Shown: positions 28,713 through 43,412, counted from the stretch's first letter. The stretch: DNA of 64,000 nucleotides from Eledone cirrhosa (GCA_964016885.1 OZ024749.1:33790001-33854000), one strand, 5' to 3'. Numbers and translations are program-made. Notes: generated by a model not told the origin, from the sequence alone.

Positions 28713-29372
28713 AGAAATCAGAAACCAGAAACCAGAAACCAGAAACCACAAATTAGGGCAGAAACAATAAAGCATCTGAACTAATGCTTTGAAGTATATA
28801 TTCTGGCTCTTTATGTTCTGAATTCGGATCCCGCTGAGGTCAACATTGCTTGTCATACTCCCGGGTAACCCACCCACAAACTACTGACATACAACGAGCA
28901 TTTTAAACCTGATAAAACCCATTCCCTCGTACGAGAGAGAGAGAGTGGGGAGAAAATGTGAAAGAGGTATACAGGAAAAAACTGACCTCAGTACGAGGTT
29001 TATACTTTTTTTATCGACCTGGAAAGGACAGAAGGTAAAGTTTACCTCGACGGGATTTCAACTGAGAAAGCATGATAGTCGAAACTGCAAAGTATTCTAT
29101 CCAACGTTCTAACGACTCTACTAAGTCACTAGAGACCATTCTATTTATACCTCTAATCTTATTTCTGGCATCGGGTTTCTATGTTTATATTAGTCTAATC
29201 TATTCTAATTTTATCGTATACTGCTGTGTGTTGTTTTCCTGTCAGTTTCATCAACATTTATTTAATTATCTTGATTCGGCTTTTCTAATTCTTTGACTTC
29301 AATATCTAAAAATAACTAATACTAATACTAATTAGTCTTTTCTTAGTATATAACTTAAATACATTAGTCTAC

Positions 29373-29431
<59 letters not shown>

Positions 29432-29491
29432 GTGGTAGAACATTGGAAGGTATCCGTAGTGATAAGCACTCAGTCCATGGGACGAGTTAGG

Positions 29492-29662
29492 TAGAAGTGG
29501 TTACACAACAGTTAGTTCACCATACCGAGAACAATTGGTTCACCTTAGCGGATCCTCAGCTCGTAATGGACATCCTCAGCTCGTAATGGACATTACGAGC
29601 TGAGGATCCGCTAAGGTGAAACAATTGTTCTCGGTATGGTGAACTAACTGTTGTGTAACCAC

Positions 29663-29667
<5 letters not shown>
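29492..29667. mobile_element. Fold-back module, family H7
   Basis: ~77-bp inverted arms with a 20-nt tandem duplication at the axis. Confidence 0.75.
29596..29633 (+). ncRNA. Type I minimal hammerhead ribozyme, family H7
   Basis: CGAG-CTGAGGA-TCC GCTAA GGT-GAAA-CAATTG-TT-CTCG; palindromic helix III. Confidence 0.75.
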
Positions 29668-29719
<52 letters not shown>

Positions 29720-29984
29720 GGAAAAGAGTCAGGACCCCGACGGCTGAGCTCCGGCCGTTTCGACAACTATATCCGAACTGGTCGCGTTATGGTCCACCTG
29801 GTTTCTTACCACACTTTCTTTGTTCCATCATCCACTTTTCTAAAAAAACAAATCATACACAAAACGCCAGCACCAACAGTTTTGCAAGAGATGTCAACAT
29901 GAATGGACCTATTATTTTTATCTAAAGACATTTTTTCCAATTCCATCCCGCCCGTCCCCTTAATCTATTTCATTTCTCATTCTT

Positions 29985-30020
29985 TCTTCTGATGAAGGAC
30001 TAGCGTCCGAAACGTTAAGA
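29985..30020 (+). ncRNA. Minimal hammerhead ribozyme, family H8
   Basis: TCTT-CTGATGA-A-GGAC TAGC GTCC-GAAA-CG-TT-AAGA; degenerate minus copy near 50522-50558. Confidence 0.75.
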
Positions 30021-30106
30021 CCCTCTTCCTGCTGTATCAAGCGTTAACCTAATATATATACCTTCCATATACTGTACCGATTGTGTTGTTATTTCTGTTT
30101 ACCTTT

Positions 30107-30152
<46 letters not shown>

Positions 30153-30154
<2 letters not shown>

Positions 30155-30228
30155 GGGTGTCCCAAAGAGTGTATACACACTTTTATTAGAATGCTGTGGA
30201 AGTATGTATACATTTTTGGGGCACCCTG
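30153..30228. mobile_element. Tc1/mariner-type MITE
   Basis: TIRs CAGGGTGTCCCAAA / TTTGGGGCACCCTG, followed by TA. Confidence 0.7.
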
Positions 30229-30901
30229 TATGTGTGTATATATATATATTTATATGTATATGTATATATTTGTGTGTGTATGTGTGTGTGTGGTATTGTG
30301 TGTGTGTGTGTGGTGTGTGTGTGCGTGTGTGTGGTATGTGTGTGGTATATGTGTGTGTGGTGTGTGTGTGTGGTATGTGTGTATGGTGTGTGTGTGTGTG
30401 GTATGTGTGTGTGTGTGTGGTGTGTGTGTGTGGTATATGTGTGTGTGTGTGTGTGGTATGTGTGTGTATGTGTGTGGTTTGTGTGTGTGTGGTATATGTG
30501 TGTGTGGTATATGTGTGTGTAGTGTGTATGTGTGTGTGTGTATGTGTCTGTGTGTGTGTGTGTTTGTAATGAAGGCTCAACCATACTCGAGCTCAATCTT
30601 TTGTATTAGGGAATTTTTCAAAATATTCTTTCTTTGTATTTCCATATTCATCATTTATGATTTAGTTTCGGAAATAATGGTCAGAAGTCCATTAACATTT
30701 CAAGATCTTCTCAGCCTCATCTTTGAAATGAAATTACCCTGACACTGATATAATGTTAGAGTGTTTTATTGAGGCAACAAGTAATCGTAAGAACACTGTA
30801 CTTGTATCATCTTTCTATCCATATGACAAGGAATTTGTTTTCCCCATAACTTTCTTAAAAATACAATATTTTGCAGAAATATATTTTCAAAATGTGTAGA
30901 T

Positions 30902-31202
30902 CAGGCATGGGCAACCTTTTTCGAGAAGCGGACCACATGAGATATGGTTCATCATCAGGCGGGCCGCAAGCGCTAATTTACATTCGTGCTCACATCTTTA
31001 AAAAAAAGAGTGGTAACTCAGGTTGTTTTGATTTGTTTCTTCAGAATTCGTACACGTTGTTTTCCTCGATCGTAAAAATGATAGAAAGATAAATTATGAC
31101 TGAAACGTTAAGGTAAAAAAATCAGAAAGATTTTACTTAGGTGACCTAGGCGAGCCATTCAGAAAGCTCCGCGGGCCGCGGGCTGCAGGTTGCCCATGAC
31201 TG
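30902..31202. mobile_element. hAT (Charlie-like) MITE
   Basis: TIRs CAGGCATGGGCAACCT / AGGTTGCCCATGACTG; 8-bp TSD GTGTAGAT / GTTTAGAT; subterminal GCGGGCCGC motifs. Confidence 0.85.
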
Positions 31203-32154
31203 GTTTAGATATTACAATTATGTTTAGAAATGCTCCCTTTGTGCGTACATCCTACGCCTCCTAGGACAGGTCGTAAGCCCATCGCCAGATATTTAGAAAT
31301 ATTTAAAATTAAAAAACGTTTAGAAATGTTTGTTTTGTTTTTTTTTAATTTTTAATTTTCACTTTCACTCACGGAAATTACCGGAAGTTATATGTGACAT
31401 TAAAACGAAGGATTTACTCACTGTCGTCATTGTCATCGTCATTGTAGTCAGTCATCTCCATTGCCGTCATCGTTACGTGTTTCTCCATCTTTCCATTTAT
31501 TCAATCTTTTCTTCTTCACCATCAGCGTGTTTCTTCTGCAGAAAACCACGAAACACAGAAGTAAGAAAACTAATACTAACACAAACAATTCAACGACATC
31601 ATAATAAAGGAACATGAACTATAATTCCCTTGATACACAGTGTAGTCTGCTTTATCATAACAACATCTCCTCCTCCTCCTTCTCCCCCTCCCTTTACTCC
31701 TCCCCTCCTCCTTCACCTCCTTCCTCTCCTCATTACCCCTACTCCACCTTTTATTTTCTCAATACATGTTCTGTTTATCTCTCTGACACTTCAAGATTCA
31801 AGACATGTATTGACACCTTAGATGGAACACTTTGCAGTAGTTCTCAGGGTTTGCTCTATATAATATGTACACTTGTACTCGCAGAAGCAAACATTGACAT
31901 GTTACTTAAGCAAAGGATCCAGTATTCATTGACTGTTATTGATAGTTTTGAAGCTGGTGTTTAGTGAAGATGTGAGTAAAAGTGTGAGCTGAGTTTTAGA
32001 ATGATTACACAGATAAAAAGATATGCTTAGTAACCACTTTATCTTTATTGCAGAATTTTAAATGAATGGAGGATTCAATAGGATTTTAAATCAGAATTAA
32101 GGGTAAGAGGGAATTAAATGCTCTCTCTCTCTCTCTCCTCTCTCTTTCCCTCTC

Positions 32155-32221
<67 letters not shown>

Positions 32222-32699
32222 GACTGAAAATCTGAGAATTCCAAACGGAGAAATTAATCGTAATAACAGTCGATCGCTATGAATAATAGCTTAGAAAGTC
32301 TACTGGCCAATTTCCCAGTCTATAGAGATAATTCCAAATCACCCAAGTCCTTCGATCATTCATAACAGTTTTATATAAACACTATATACATGTATGTATG
32401 AACCCTGAAAGAATTGATGGGGCGCCGTCGTCATATGTGGCGTGCTTCAGACATTTATAACAAATAGAGCCTTAAGACGGATACAACCAATTTCTGTGTA
32501 CCGGAAATATGATGAAGATGACATGTGTAATCATTTAATAGTAAAACATTACACTTTGATCTTAGAGCAGAAAGCCTAAGATAAATAATTTGTAAATGTG
32601 ACAGCATATGTCACCACCGAAACCACTGAAAATGATAGATCATATATAAATACATAGATACTTCTGCCCTACACAGCTACATTAAACAGAACTACAAGG

Positions 32700-32900
32700 A
32701 TATGGTCCGAACGTAGAAGAGCCGAACTCCCACTGTTATCGCCTCCATCACTCTCGCCCTCCCCATCTCTCTGTATGGTGAGCAAATGGGGTCCCACGTG
32801 CTGATCTTCCCACAGCCCCGGTGGACAGAATGGAGAAAGCGTTCCCCCGAAGGATGGTGAGGGAGATTGAGAGAGACACAGAGAGATAGCGAGAGAAAGC
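32700..32900 (-). mobile_element. Possible CRE-type LINE 3' end
   Basis: Minus strand SISLTILRGNAFSILST resembles the LS.A.QRGNA..IL C-terminus of CRE elements. Confidence 0.45.
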
Positions 32901-33474
32901 TAGCAAGAAGAAAAAGGTAAAAAGAGGAAGAATAGACCACAATACTTGATTGACTTATCGATCTCGAAAGGATGAAAGATAAATTTGACCTCAGCGAAAT
33001 TTGAACACAAGAATGCATAAAACCAAAATAATTACTGCAAATCAGAGAATTCTACGTTCTGACGATTTTATCAATTTGATCACCGCTTTTGACATTGCAG
33101 CATGTTTAAAAAAATCTGTTCATTGAAACCAGCGTAAATACGGTCGTCCATGTTTTTTTTCTTGTTGTTTTTTTTTTGTTTTTTTTGTACTCCTCTCCCC
33201 CTAAAATGTAATGTAGCCATAAAACATTCGAAATGATTATAAACATCTCGAAGTGATGTAAAAATAAATGTTGTGGAAATTTGTTTTTCCACACAATATA
33301 ACATAAATTGTTTATTTCTATCACACATAAAGAAAAGCTTAACATGAATTTTTTTTTTCTACAACATTAAATCATATGCACCACACATATACATAATAGA
33401 TGCATACACACATGCACATACACATACAGACGTACACACACACAAACGCAAACGCACACACGCGTCCGCACATG

Positions 33475-33524
<50 letters not shown>

Positions 33525-33600
33525 TATGTTATGGTTCGTTTGTGTGTGCATTCTATAGTTTTTCTTTTTGTGTAAACATACTGAAACGTTCACATACATC

Positions 33601-33696
<96 letters not shown>

Positions 33697-33774
33697 ATCT
33701 ATCTATATATATATACAGATAGATATATATGTAGATACATATATCTATAGATAGATAGATTTATCTATAGATAC

Positions 33775-33831
<57 letters not shown>

Positions 33832-34276
33832 AAAGCCTATATGACAACATCAATGATTTGTTTGTCGGTTGCTCTGATCCGTTGTAGAAAGATGTGTGAG
33901 TCAAGCAAGTCCTGTTATGACTGTTAGAGTTCATTATAAATTTAATATATCATATATTAACTAGCATTGCTGTTGTTTTCTATGAGAGAAAATGAGAGAA
34001 TTGTGAATGTTGGTACACGGAGGCAGTGACAGTGGAAGCTTGTTTCTTTTGTGTTCTGGCCTGGTGTATATGTATGTAATACAAGAAAGAATCAGGCTTT
34101 CATACTATCAATACGGATGCAGATGTACGTATTCACACACATATACAATATTACTACAACCAAACACATATGGATTACTGTCCATAATGGCAATTCATTT
34201 TATTTTCTTATAATTGGACACAATCATTGCGTAGTGGTTAAGATGTTCGTTTGGTAATCATATAGTCTCGGACGAA

Positions 34277-35081
34277 ATGCATTTTGGGAGTAAAACCACC
34301 ATGCATTTTGGGAGTAAAAACCCAGCGTCCACATACTCCCGCCACAACACTAATACCAAGAAGTCTTCTCGTGAACGCGACCTGGGCATTACTGTCAGCA
34401 GCGATTTGCGTTGGACAAAGCACGTCTCTAAAATTGTCAAGAAGGCCGAGGGTGTCTTAGCATCACTCAGCAAGACCTTTGTCAGCCGCTCTCCAGCTAT
34501 CTATTTAAAGCTGTATATAGCTATGGTGAGGCCACACTTAGAATTTGCATCATCAATCTGGAACCCCTATCTTACTCAGAACATTGACCCCCTGGAAACT
34601 GTTCAGAGTCGTGCAACCAAGCGAATACCCTCCATCAGGCATCTACCATACTCTGAACGCTTTGCTTCCCTGGGCATGAAAATTATTAACCATCTTGCCA
34701 ACAACAACCCTGAGTACCCTTTTGACTTCCATGTGTCTCACACATGTGGGCATGCCAACAAAGTCAGAAAACAGCACAGCTCCCATGACTTTCGGAAACA
34801 TTTTTTCACACTCAGAGTTGCTGAAGCATGGAACAAACTACCTGCATCAGTTGTTAGCTGTCAAGACACTGCATCCTTTAAAACCTCCATGCTTCCTGAG
34901 ATTCGCCAACACTACACTTAATATTCCCCCTCCATACCCACGCACACATGTATATCATGACTCATACACTATTCACTTCCCTGACATTTGTATATTATTC
35001 TACGTACTATACATGCACCTTTGATGAGTTGTAGTGCACCTGAGCACTGTACACAATAATTTCATTATTATTATTATTATT
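34277..35081 (+). mobile_element. CR1-clade LINE 3' fragment
   Basis: ERDLGI..S.DL.W..H, LY..MVRPHLE, W.P, LE.VQ.RATK, Y.ER...LG, GH..K, RKHFF..RV...WN.LP; (ATT)n tail; internal in-frame deletion. Confidence 0.9.
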
Positions 35082-35730
35082 AAAGTATATTCTGCCATAT
35101 TTTTTAGATCAAGTCAAGCCTTCTTAGAGAAACTGGCTAGTTGGAATTTTTCATCGACAATCTTTCATCATTTTGATATTTTTTCTTCCAAGGTCGAATA
35201 AATAAAGTACCAGTCAAATTGTTTCGACATAATCGACTCTTCCTTCTCACGCTAATACTGGTCACGTGCTTGTGTCAGAAATCTGTGTAGTTAGAATCTG
35301 TATCGACGAACTTTGTCTTCACTCTGTGTATTTCAAAGATGAAACTTTGTCATATATTATCACGTTGAGTCTGCATGAAAGATAAGTCGGTGGTACGTAA
35401 CATATATATGAGGTATACTCAACCACTTTGACTACAATTTAAAGACATGGTAAGTTGAATTGTAGTTGGCCAAATCATTAGAACACATGTCATCAAACAC
35501 ATGATGTGTGTATGCATGTGTATCTATGGGTGTGTATGTTTGTGTGTATGTGTGTTTATGTATATGTGTGTTTATTTATATGTGTGTATGTGTGCGTGTG
35601 TGTTTATGTGTATGTGGGCATGTATATGTGCGTGTCTGTGAGTGTGTATGTGTCTGTGTATGTGATGTAAATGTAGAGTATCCTTTGTCTTCACTGTGTG
35701 CGATGATCGTTTTAATTTGATGGTGTATAG

Positions 35731-36583
35731 CAGGGGTGTGCAACATATTCAATTTGAACATTGGAACAACTATTAGGGCCATTAATATTTATTAAGCCCT
35801 ATTCCAAAGATTCCCCACAACTTCTTTCCATAACATGGAATTGGGAAATTATAACACACATAACCCTATCAGTGAAACCCTAACCCTATCAGTGAAGCCC
35901 TAACCCTATCAGTGAAGCCCTAACCCTATCAGTGAAGCCCTAACCCTATCAGTGAAGCCCTAACCCTATCAGTGAAACCCTAACCCTATCAGTGAAGCCC
36001 TAACCCTATCAGTGAAACCCTAACCCTATCAGTGAAACCCTAACCCTATCAGTGAAGCCCTAACCCTATCAGTGAAGCAACTAACCCTATCAGTGAAGCC
36101 CTAACCCTATCAGTGAAGCCCTAACCCTATCAGTGAAGCCCTAACCCTATCAGTGAAGCCCTAACCCTATCAGTGAAACCCTAACCCTATCAGTGAAGCC
36201 CTAACCCTATCAGTGAAGCAACTAACCCTATCAGTGAAGCCCTAACCCTATCAGTGAAACCCTAACCCTATCAGTGAAGCCCTAACCCTATCAGTGAAAC
36301 CCTAACCCTATCAGTGAAGCCCTAACCCTATCAGTGAAGCCCTAACCCTATCAGTGAAACCCTAACCCTATCAGTGAAACCCTAACCCTATCAGTGAAGC
36401 CCTAACCCTATCAGTGAAGCCCTAACCCTATCAGTGAAGCAGCTAACAGCACATTGTATTACGGTTACGAAAAAAATTCTAAATAAGTCTACAAGGTAAA
36501 CATTTTAAACGGTTATCGCGGACCACTTCGACTGGTCTGGCGGGCCAGATTGTGGCCCGCAGACCGCCTGTTGCATGGTCCTG
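35731..36583. mobile_element. hAT (Charlie-like) non-autonomous element containing a minisatellite
   Basis: Ends CAGGGGTGTGCAAC / GTTGCATGGTCCTG; TSD GTGTATAG / ATGTATAG; subterminal GGCGGGCC..GGCCCGC. Confidence 0.7.
35861..36440. repeat. 20-bp minisatellite (TAACCCTATCAGTGAARCCC), ~29 copies
   Basis: Seen directly; two units are 21-bp GCAACT variants. Confidence 0.97.
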
Positions 36584-36984
36584 ATGTATAGTGTTGCTGG
36601 AATGATGTAATATGGTTCATTATGAAGATATTATGTTTACACTCCAACGACAACAATATCTTCAGCAATGCCACCACCAGTAGCAATAGCTAACTTTTCA
36701 TACGTTCGATTTGTTCCGGTCGATCTCGTTATAAAGAATGTTTCGTTGCAACGAATTTTCTTATACCCCGCAATTTCGTTATAACGGAATTTCACTATAC
36801 CAACCTAACCAAAACCACCCTTTCTTCTACGGAACAAACCTATCCATTTTAAAGGGTTCTGATTTAAATTAAAATCTTTCGCCATTATTTAATATAAGAA
36901 TATGTTGTTGTTATGTTACAAATGCCATCGTAGTAATGAAATTATTAGTACTTTTAGTAAATGCCCCCATTATTAATTATCTAA

Positions 36985-37092
36985 ATCAAATCCTGCTGAG
37001 GTTAACTTTGCCTTTCATCCTTACAGGGTCTATAAAATAAAGTGCCAGTAATGCACTGAGATAATTGCTGGCCTTATGCCAAAAATAGAAAC
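36985..37092 (+). mobile_element. SINE family A, 5'-truncated
   Basis: TCAAATCC...GCCTTTCATCCTTACAGGG body. Confidence 0.75.
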
Positions 37093-37520
37093 ATTTATTC
37101 ATTAGCTAAATCAAATAGAATGTATTTCATTAGAAATATCGTCACAAAAGTTTGATGTAAGTACAATGAACAGAGAAAAACCACGAAATTGTTTAAGATG
37201 GTAGGGAAACTGTGTACTTGGTGAGTGTTTTGTTCATGTTTTGTTCTGTTCTGAGCTTAAAAAATCACCAGTTGTCAACAGAAATGATGATCAGATCAAC
37301 AAACAACATGACAATTCATATCACTACCACCACCACTAACACCAACAACATTATCAATAGAACATCAAATACTGAACATTATTATAAACAAGAGGAGAAA
37401 TTGAAAGGAAATATTGCGTATACCATAATTCAAGTCTTCACATTAAATATTGATTCTTTATAATTCACATATTACAATCGCTAATCATTTGAGAATACGA
37501 ATTCACCACAAACAAACAAA

Positions 37521-37579
<59 letters not shown>

Positions 37580-38204
37580 ATGAATAAATAAATGAATAAA
37601 TAAATACATTGAAATTTAAATTAGGGAAACATGAAATGATAAAGCAAGTGTTGTTATTTGCTCAAGATTATATCTTTGAATAAAACATTTGATTAAGGTC
37701 ACTGGGGAATTCTCATTTTTATATTTAATACACATTTTCGTTTCTTTTGCTGTTAAATGATAGAATTTTGGAATAAATATTCAGAAATTTCCATAATTTC
37801 TAGTTAGGTGAAAACATCACTATATTTATAACTGTCATGGCTGTTTATATATTCTAACGCCTGCAGTTGAACAAAACTTCTTAATTCATTTGAAGATTGC
37901 TATCTTTTGTTTCCCAAATCAAGAAGCAAATTTCTTATAATTTTCAAAATATAAAAAGAAATCAGCACACAGTATTTTCACAATAAAATGTATTGTGTGA
38001 TTTTAAATGAATTTGTATGGATAGATCAAATTAATTTAGCTAAAATGTTATAATTCAGTTTTAACACCTTTCTGCTTGCAATCTATAGAAATCCTTGAAA
38101 CCATGGGTTGACTAAAAATTCTGTTTTAGTTTTGACTGTACACAAAATCCAATTATTTTAGAGAAATGGAAAAGTTCACACCCTTTCCAGGTCAACAATG
38201 AAGT

Positions 38205-38534
38205 AGGTGAAATATAAATGGCTTCAGTAGTAGAACCGATACTTCTCCGTATTGAGAGATCATAGCTCCGCTACTATGGGCATTTGGTTAAAATGTCTCA
38301 AGAAAGAATCGCTGGACAGATTTTACGGGTAAAACCAACCGGTAGGAACGCAAGGAGTAGACGCCAAGCAAGATGGTTGAATAATATCCATGAGCTTCGC
38401 TGGTGTCGCCTGGGGGATCCAGCCGGATCAGTTGGAAACGGTTGCTTCTGACGGGACCCGCTAGAGGGGGTGTTTGAGGACTCTTCCCCCACGACTCTCT
38501 CAGGAAGAAGAAGAAGAAGAAGAAGAAGAAGAAG

Positions 38535-38563
<29 letters not shown>
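38205..38563 (+). mobile_element. RTE-clade LINE 3' fragment with (GAA)n tail
   Basis: LLRIERS*LRYYGHLVKM.QER.......PTGR.......RW...I....W.RLGI; related short tail at 47188-47292. Confidence 0.8.
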
Positions 38564-38566
<3 letters not shown>

Positions 38567-38613
38567 TTTTAACGGCATCGTTGAGAGTCACATCTACCAT
38601 TATATATACATAC

Positions 38614-38681
<68 letters not shown>

Positions 38682-38842
38682 TTTTTGTGGTCTATCTCTG
38701 GTGGTAGGGTCCGTACCGAGGACAGTCTGATCGAACCTTTATATGAGGTCTGATCGACCTCCGAAACGATCGTAAAACAATAATATAAATAGGTAAAGTA
38801 ACTTGACTTTGTTGTTTTTATTTTCATTGTTAATTTAATACT

Positions 38843-38907
<65 letters not shown>

Positions 38908-39224
38908 AAAATGGAACGGGAACAAAACAGAGAGGCAGTACGAACAAAGGTTTATTAGTTTCACGCTCTTGAGAGTGGGCGGGGGCTATATATATATATA
39001 CACACACATGCATATTTATATAATTGTATATATATATATATGTATGTGTGTGTCTGTGTGTGAATATATATATATGTATATATACTATTAAGTCATTGAT
39101 CATGCTGCCTCCCAAGTATAAGTTTCTCTTCCGCCATATTAATTAACATACCTTTACAAGTCATCTAACTGATAACTGTAATACAACTGTTTCTGCTATA
39201 TTTCACATTTGTCTATCTTCTTCA

Positions 39225-39334
39225 CACACATACACATACATACACAGAGATATACACACATACACAGAGATATACACACACATACACATTCACACACAGA
39301 GGGCCACACATACACATACAGACACATAGATATG

Positions 39335-39391
<57 letters not shown>

Positions 39392-40448
39392 ATTCACATA
39401 CAGAGGGCCACACATAGACATACATACACAGAGATGTGCACACATACACACACACACATTCACACACAGAGGGCCACACATACACATACATACACAGAGA
39501 TATACACACATACACACGAAGACACACACACACATACACATACAAACACAGAAAAACTAACACATACACACACATATGCACACACACAAACACACACACA
39601 TACACATACAAACACAGAAAAACTAACACATACACACACAGACACACACACATACACATACAAACACAGAAAAACTAACACATACACACACAGACACACA
39701 CAGACACAAACACACAGAGACACACATACACATACAAACACAGAAAAACTAACACATACACACACAGATACATACACAGACACACACACAGACACACACA
39801 TAGAGAAAACTAACACATACACACACAGACACACATAGAGACACACACACACACATACACATACAAACACAGATAAACTAACACATACACACACACACAC
39901 ACACGCAAACACATAGAGACACACACACATACACATACAAACACAGAAAAACTAACACATACATACACAGACACACACACACACACACACATACACACAC
40001 ACACACACACAAACACACAGAAAAACTAACACATACACACACAGACATACACACACACACACATACAAACACAGAAAAACTAACACATACACACACAGAC
40101 AGACAGACACACACACACTCACAGACACACACACATACACATACAAACACAGAAAAACTAACACATACACACACAGACAGACACACACGCGCACACACAC
40201 ATACACACAGAGACACACACACACATACACATACAAGCACAGAAAAACTAACATATACACACACAGACAGACACACACACATACACACAGAGACACACAC
40301 ACACACACACATACAAACACAGAAAAACTAACACATACACACACAGATACAACACACACACACACATAAGCACACAGAGACACACACACACACACATAAG
40401 CACACAAAGACACACACAGACACACAGAGACACACACACACACATACA

Positions 40449-40479
<31 letters not shown>

Positions 40480-40500
40480 TTAGCACACAGAGACAGAGAG
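39225..40500. repeat. CA-rich complex minisatellite
   Basis: Recurrent CATACAAACACAGAAAAACTAACACATAC core among (CA)n. Confidence 0.9.
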
Positions 40501-40746
40501 ACACAGAGAGGCTCAGTGAATGTACAGGGTTTTGTTTATACATTGTCTGCCTTCTACTTAATCATTCTCATTGCAACCATTACGACGGTATTCAGTTTTG
40601 TTTTCAATCCCTCAATCTGGATATCTTTATCTCTATGTCACATCATTTATTTTCATACTTTATACTCTTATGTCCAAATCTTATCTCTATTTACGTACCT
40701 TCCTCTCATATTTCTTATTTCCATGCATTACTACTACTGTTACTGT

Positions 40747-40791
<45 letters not shown>

Positions 40792-40858
40792 CAGTAGTTT
40801 AGCCGTAATAAGATAGGTATTAAAACTCTACTTCGGTATTGAGTTCTCTATCCACATA

Positions 40859-40934
<76 letters not shown>

Positions 40935-41089
40935 AATATTTTTATATTATTCAAATAGCGGGGTATAGGTAACCCATACACTATAGAAACAATTGTTACC
41001 TAATAAATTCTGTATACCCGCATTTCCATTTCATAAACTTCTTCTCCATATATATATATATATATATAATGTAGGAGGTGAGTTTTATT

Positions 41090-41339
41090 GTAGTACAATA
41101 AAGCAATGCAGATATCGGATAAGAAGCACTCTACAGTTTGTAGGACTGGAGTATACATAATATATAAGATCAAAAGATGGTTAAATGAGTTCCATGTATT
41201 TTATTATGCGCATTTCAAAAACAAATATCATCATGCAATAACATTTGTGTTTTCATCAGATAAAATAGGAGGACATGATATGAAGGTTAAAAATACTTGT
41301 GGATAGTGCAGTTTTAAATCAACATATATATTTTGATCT

Positions 41340-41345
<6 letters not shown>
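41090..41345 (-). mobile_element. Family H1 module with hammerhead at 41197-41267
   Basis: Reverse complement of 150-300; short inverted GATCAAAA/TTTTGATC ends; (TA)n flanks. Confidence 0.7.
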
Positions 41346-41414
<69 letters not shown>

Positions 41415-41582
41415 ACCAAAGATTAATATGGTTCATTGATTACTCAATGAATATAGTTTTACAATAGATTAAAAGCACTCTACAAAGAAGTTTTCTAGAG
41501 TTATTAATATTATTCAGAATAGACTGCCAATACTGGAATTGAACCATGAAGACCGTTGAGGTATGTCATACATCAATTCATG

Positions 41583-41648
41583 TATTTTATCTGACGAGGA
41601 CGTACTGAAAAAACAGCACAGTACCTTCGAAATATATATAATAAAACA
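41583..41648 (+). ncRNA. Type I hammerhead ribozyme, H1/H5-like
   Basis: TATTTTAT-CTGACGA-GGACGTACTG..CAGTACCTTC-GAAA-TATATA-TA-ATAAAACA. Confidence 0.75.
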
Positions 41649-41690
41649 TATATTTTGATTATGTGAATGTCTTCATTTATTAATATTCTG

Positions 41691-41733
<43 letters not shown>

Positions 41734-42085
41734 AGTTAATATAAATTAATATATGATAAACACATAAGTGTTTGTATTGTAAAAGACGAAGTTAGCTAGA
41801 ATGAAATAAACTAATTCAAATAAATAGAGTTTGCCTGTCTCGATTTAAAATAATAAATCAATAAAAACAAACCCATATTGGCAATAACCGTGATATATAT
41901 ATATATATATAATTGGTGTTGGATGCTTAAAGCGTCCGTTTACGGTAGGCCGTTTGAGCACTCGATGCTCTCACAGAGCAGAGTATGATATCACAAAAAG
42001 AAAAAGAGAATGAGAGTGGCGACGAATGGAATTTCTTGGACATATTACAATTGTTTCTCTGGAAAATCTGCTTCGTAGAATCAAG

Positions 42086-42178
42086 ACGTATCTGAGGACC
42101 TTGCGATTTCAGAGTCAGGTTCGATCATCACATCGATCGTGCCTCGAGTTGGTCGCCAGAGAAACGATTGTAATATGT
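42086..42178 (+). ncRNA. Hammerhead with long helix II, family H9, inside inverted repeat 41988-42225
   Basis: ACGTAT-CTGAGGA-long imperfect stem-GAAA-CGATTG-TA-ATATGT. Confidence 0.6.
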
Positions 42179-42219
42179 CCAATAAATTCCATTCGTCGCA
42201 ACACTGATTCTCTTCTTTT

Positions 42220-42286
<67 letters not shown>

Positions 42287-42395
42287 GTTACTTTTCATCT
42301 GATGAGCGAACTAGGTGTATGTTAATATTGTCTAGCGTCCTGAAACCTTTGGCAATGGAATAGTAATATTGTGTTGCTTACTTTCTAAATGAATT

Positions 42396-42491
<96 letters not shown>

Positions 42492-42498
42492 TATATAT

Positions 42499-42635
<137 letters not shown>

Positions 42636-42821
42636 AGGTTTAATATAGTAAAGGCTTCTAGAGGACTAGAACTGTTTGATTCGAAGGAAATCAACAGGAC
42701 TTTAATGATGATTTCCTTCGAATGAAATAGTTCTTCTCCTGTAGAAGCCATTTCTATAATAAATTTGTTATATATGTCTGCATATAAACATACAACATTC
42801 GCACATATATACAGAAATACG

Positions 42822-42907
<86 letters not shown>

Positions 42908-43163
42908 AGTGTTTCTGTATGTGTGTGTGTGTGTGTACGCGCGCGTGTGTGTGGTGCATCTATGCAATTATAATCGTACACATGATTGCAATTAGGCAAA
43001 CGCTTTGGAGATGAAAGCTGAGGTGATGAAAGGACGAGCAACATGTATATATATATATATATACACATATATACATTATAAATATATACATATATACGTT
43101 ATAGACATATGCATATATAAATTATAAATATATACATATATACATTATATATATATATATATA

Positions 43164-43218
<55 letters not shown>

Positions 43219-43264
43219 GATATAGACATATGCATATATACATTATAAATATATACATATATAC

Positions 43265-43309
<45 letters not shown>

Positions 43310-43412
43310 TTAGGGAACGTTTCCACGAACCAAAGTATCGTCTTCCTGTCTTCCTCCGGTTGCAACGTTTTTTTCTAATATTCACTTCTGCGTTCACAGA
43401 CTGACTTTGTTA

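Noticed and set aside
35861-36440. CRISPR array or tet operator array (unit contains CCCTATCAGTGA, part of tetO)
   Set aside because: There are no unique spacers and no cas genes. The tetO palindrome is incomplete and no vector context is present, so it is a minisatellite with a chance match.
35861-36440. True telomere
   Set aside because: It is not a pure (TTAGGG)n run, it is interstitial, and it is bounded by transposon-like ends.
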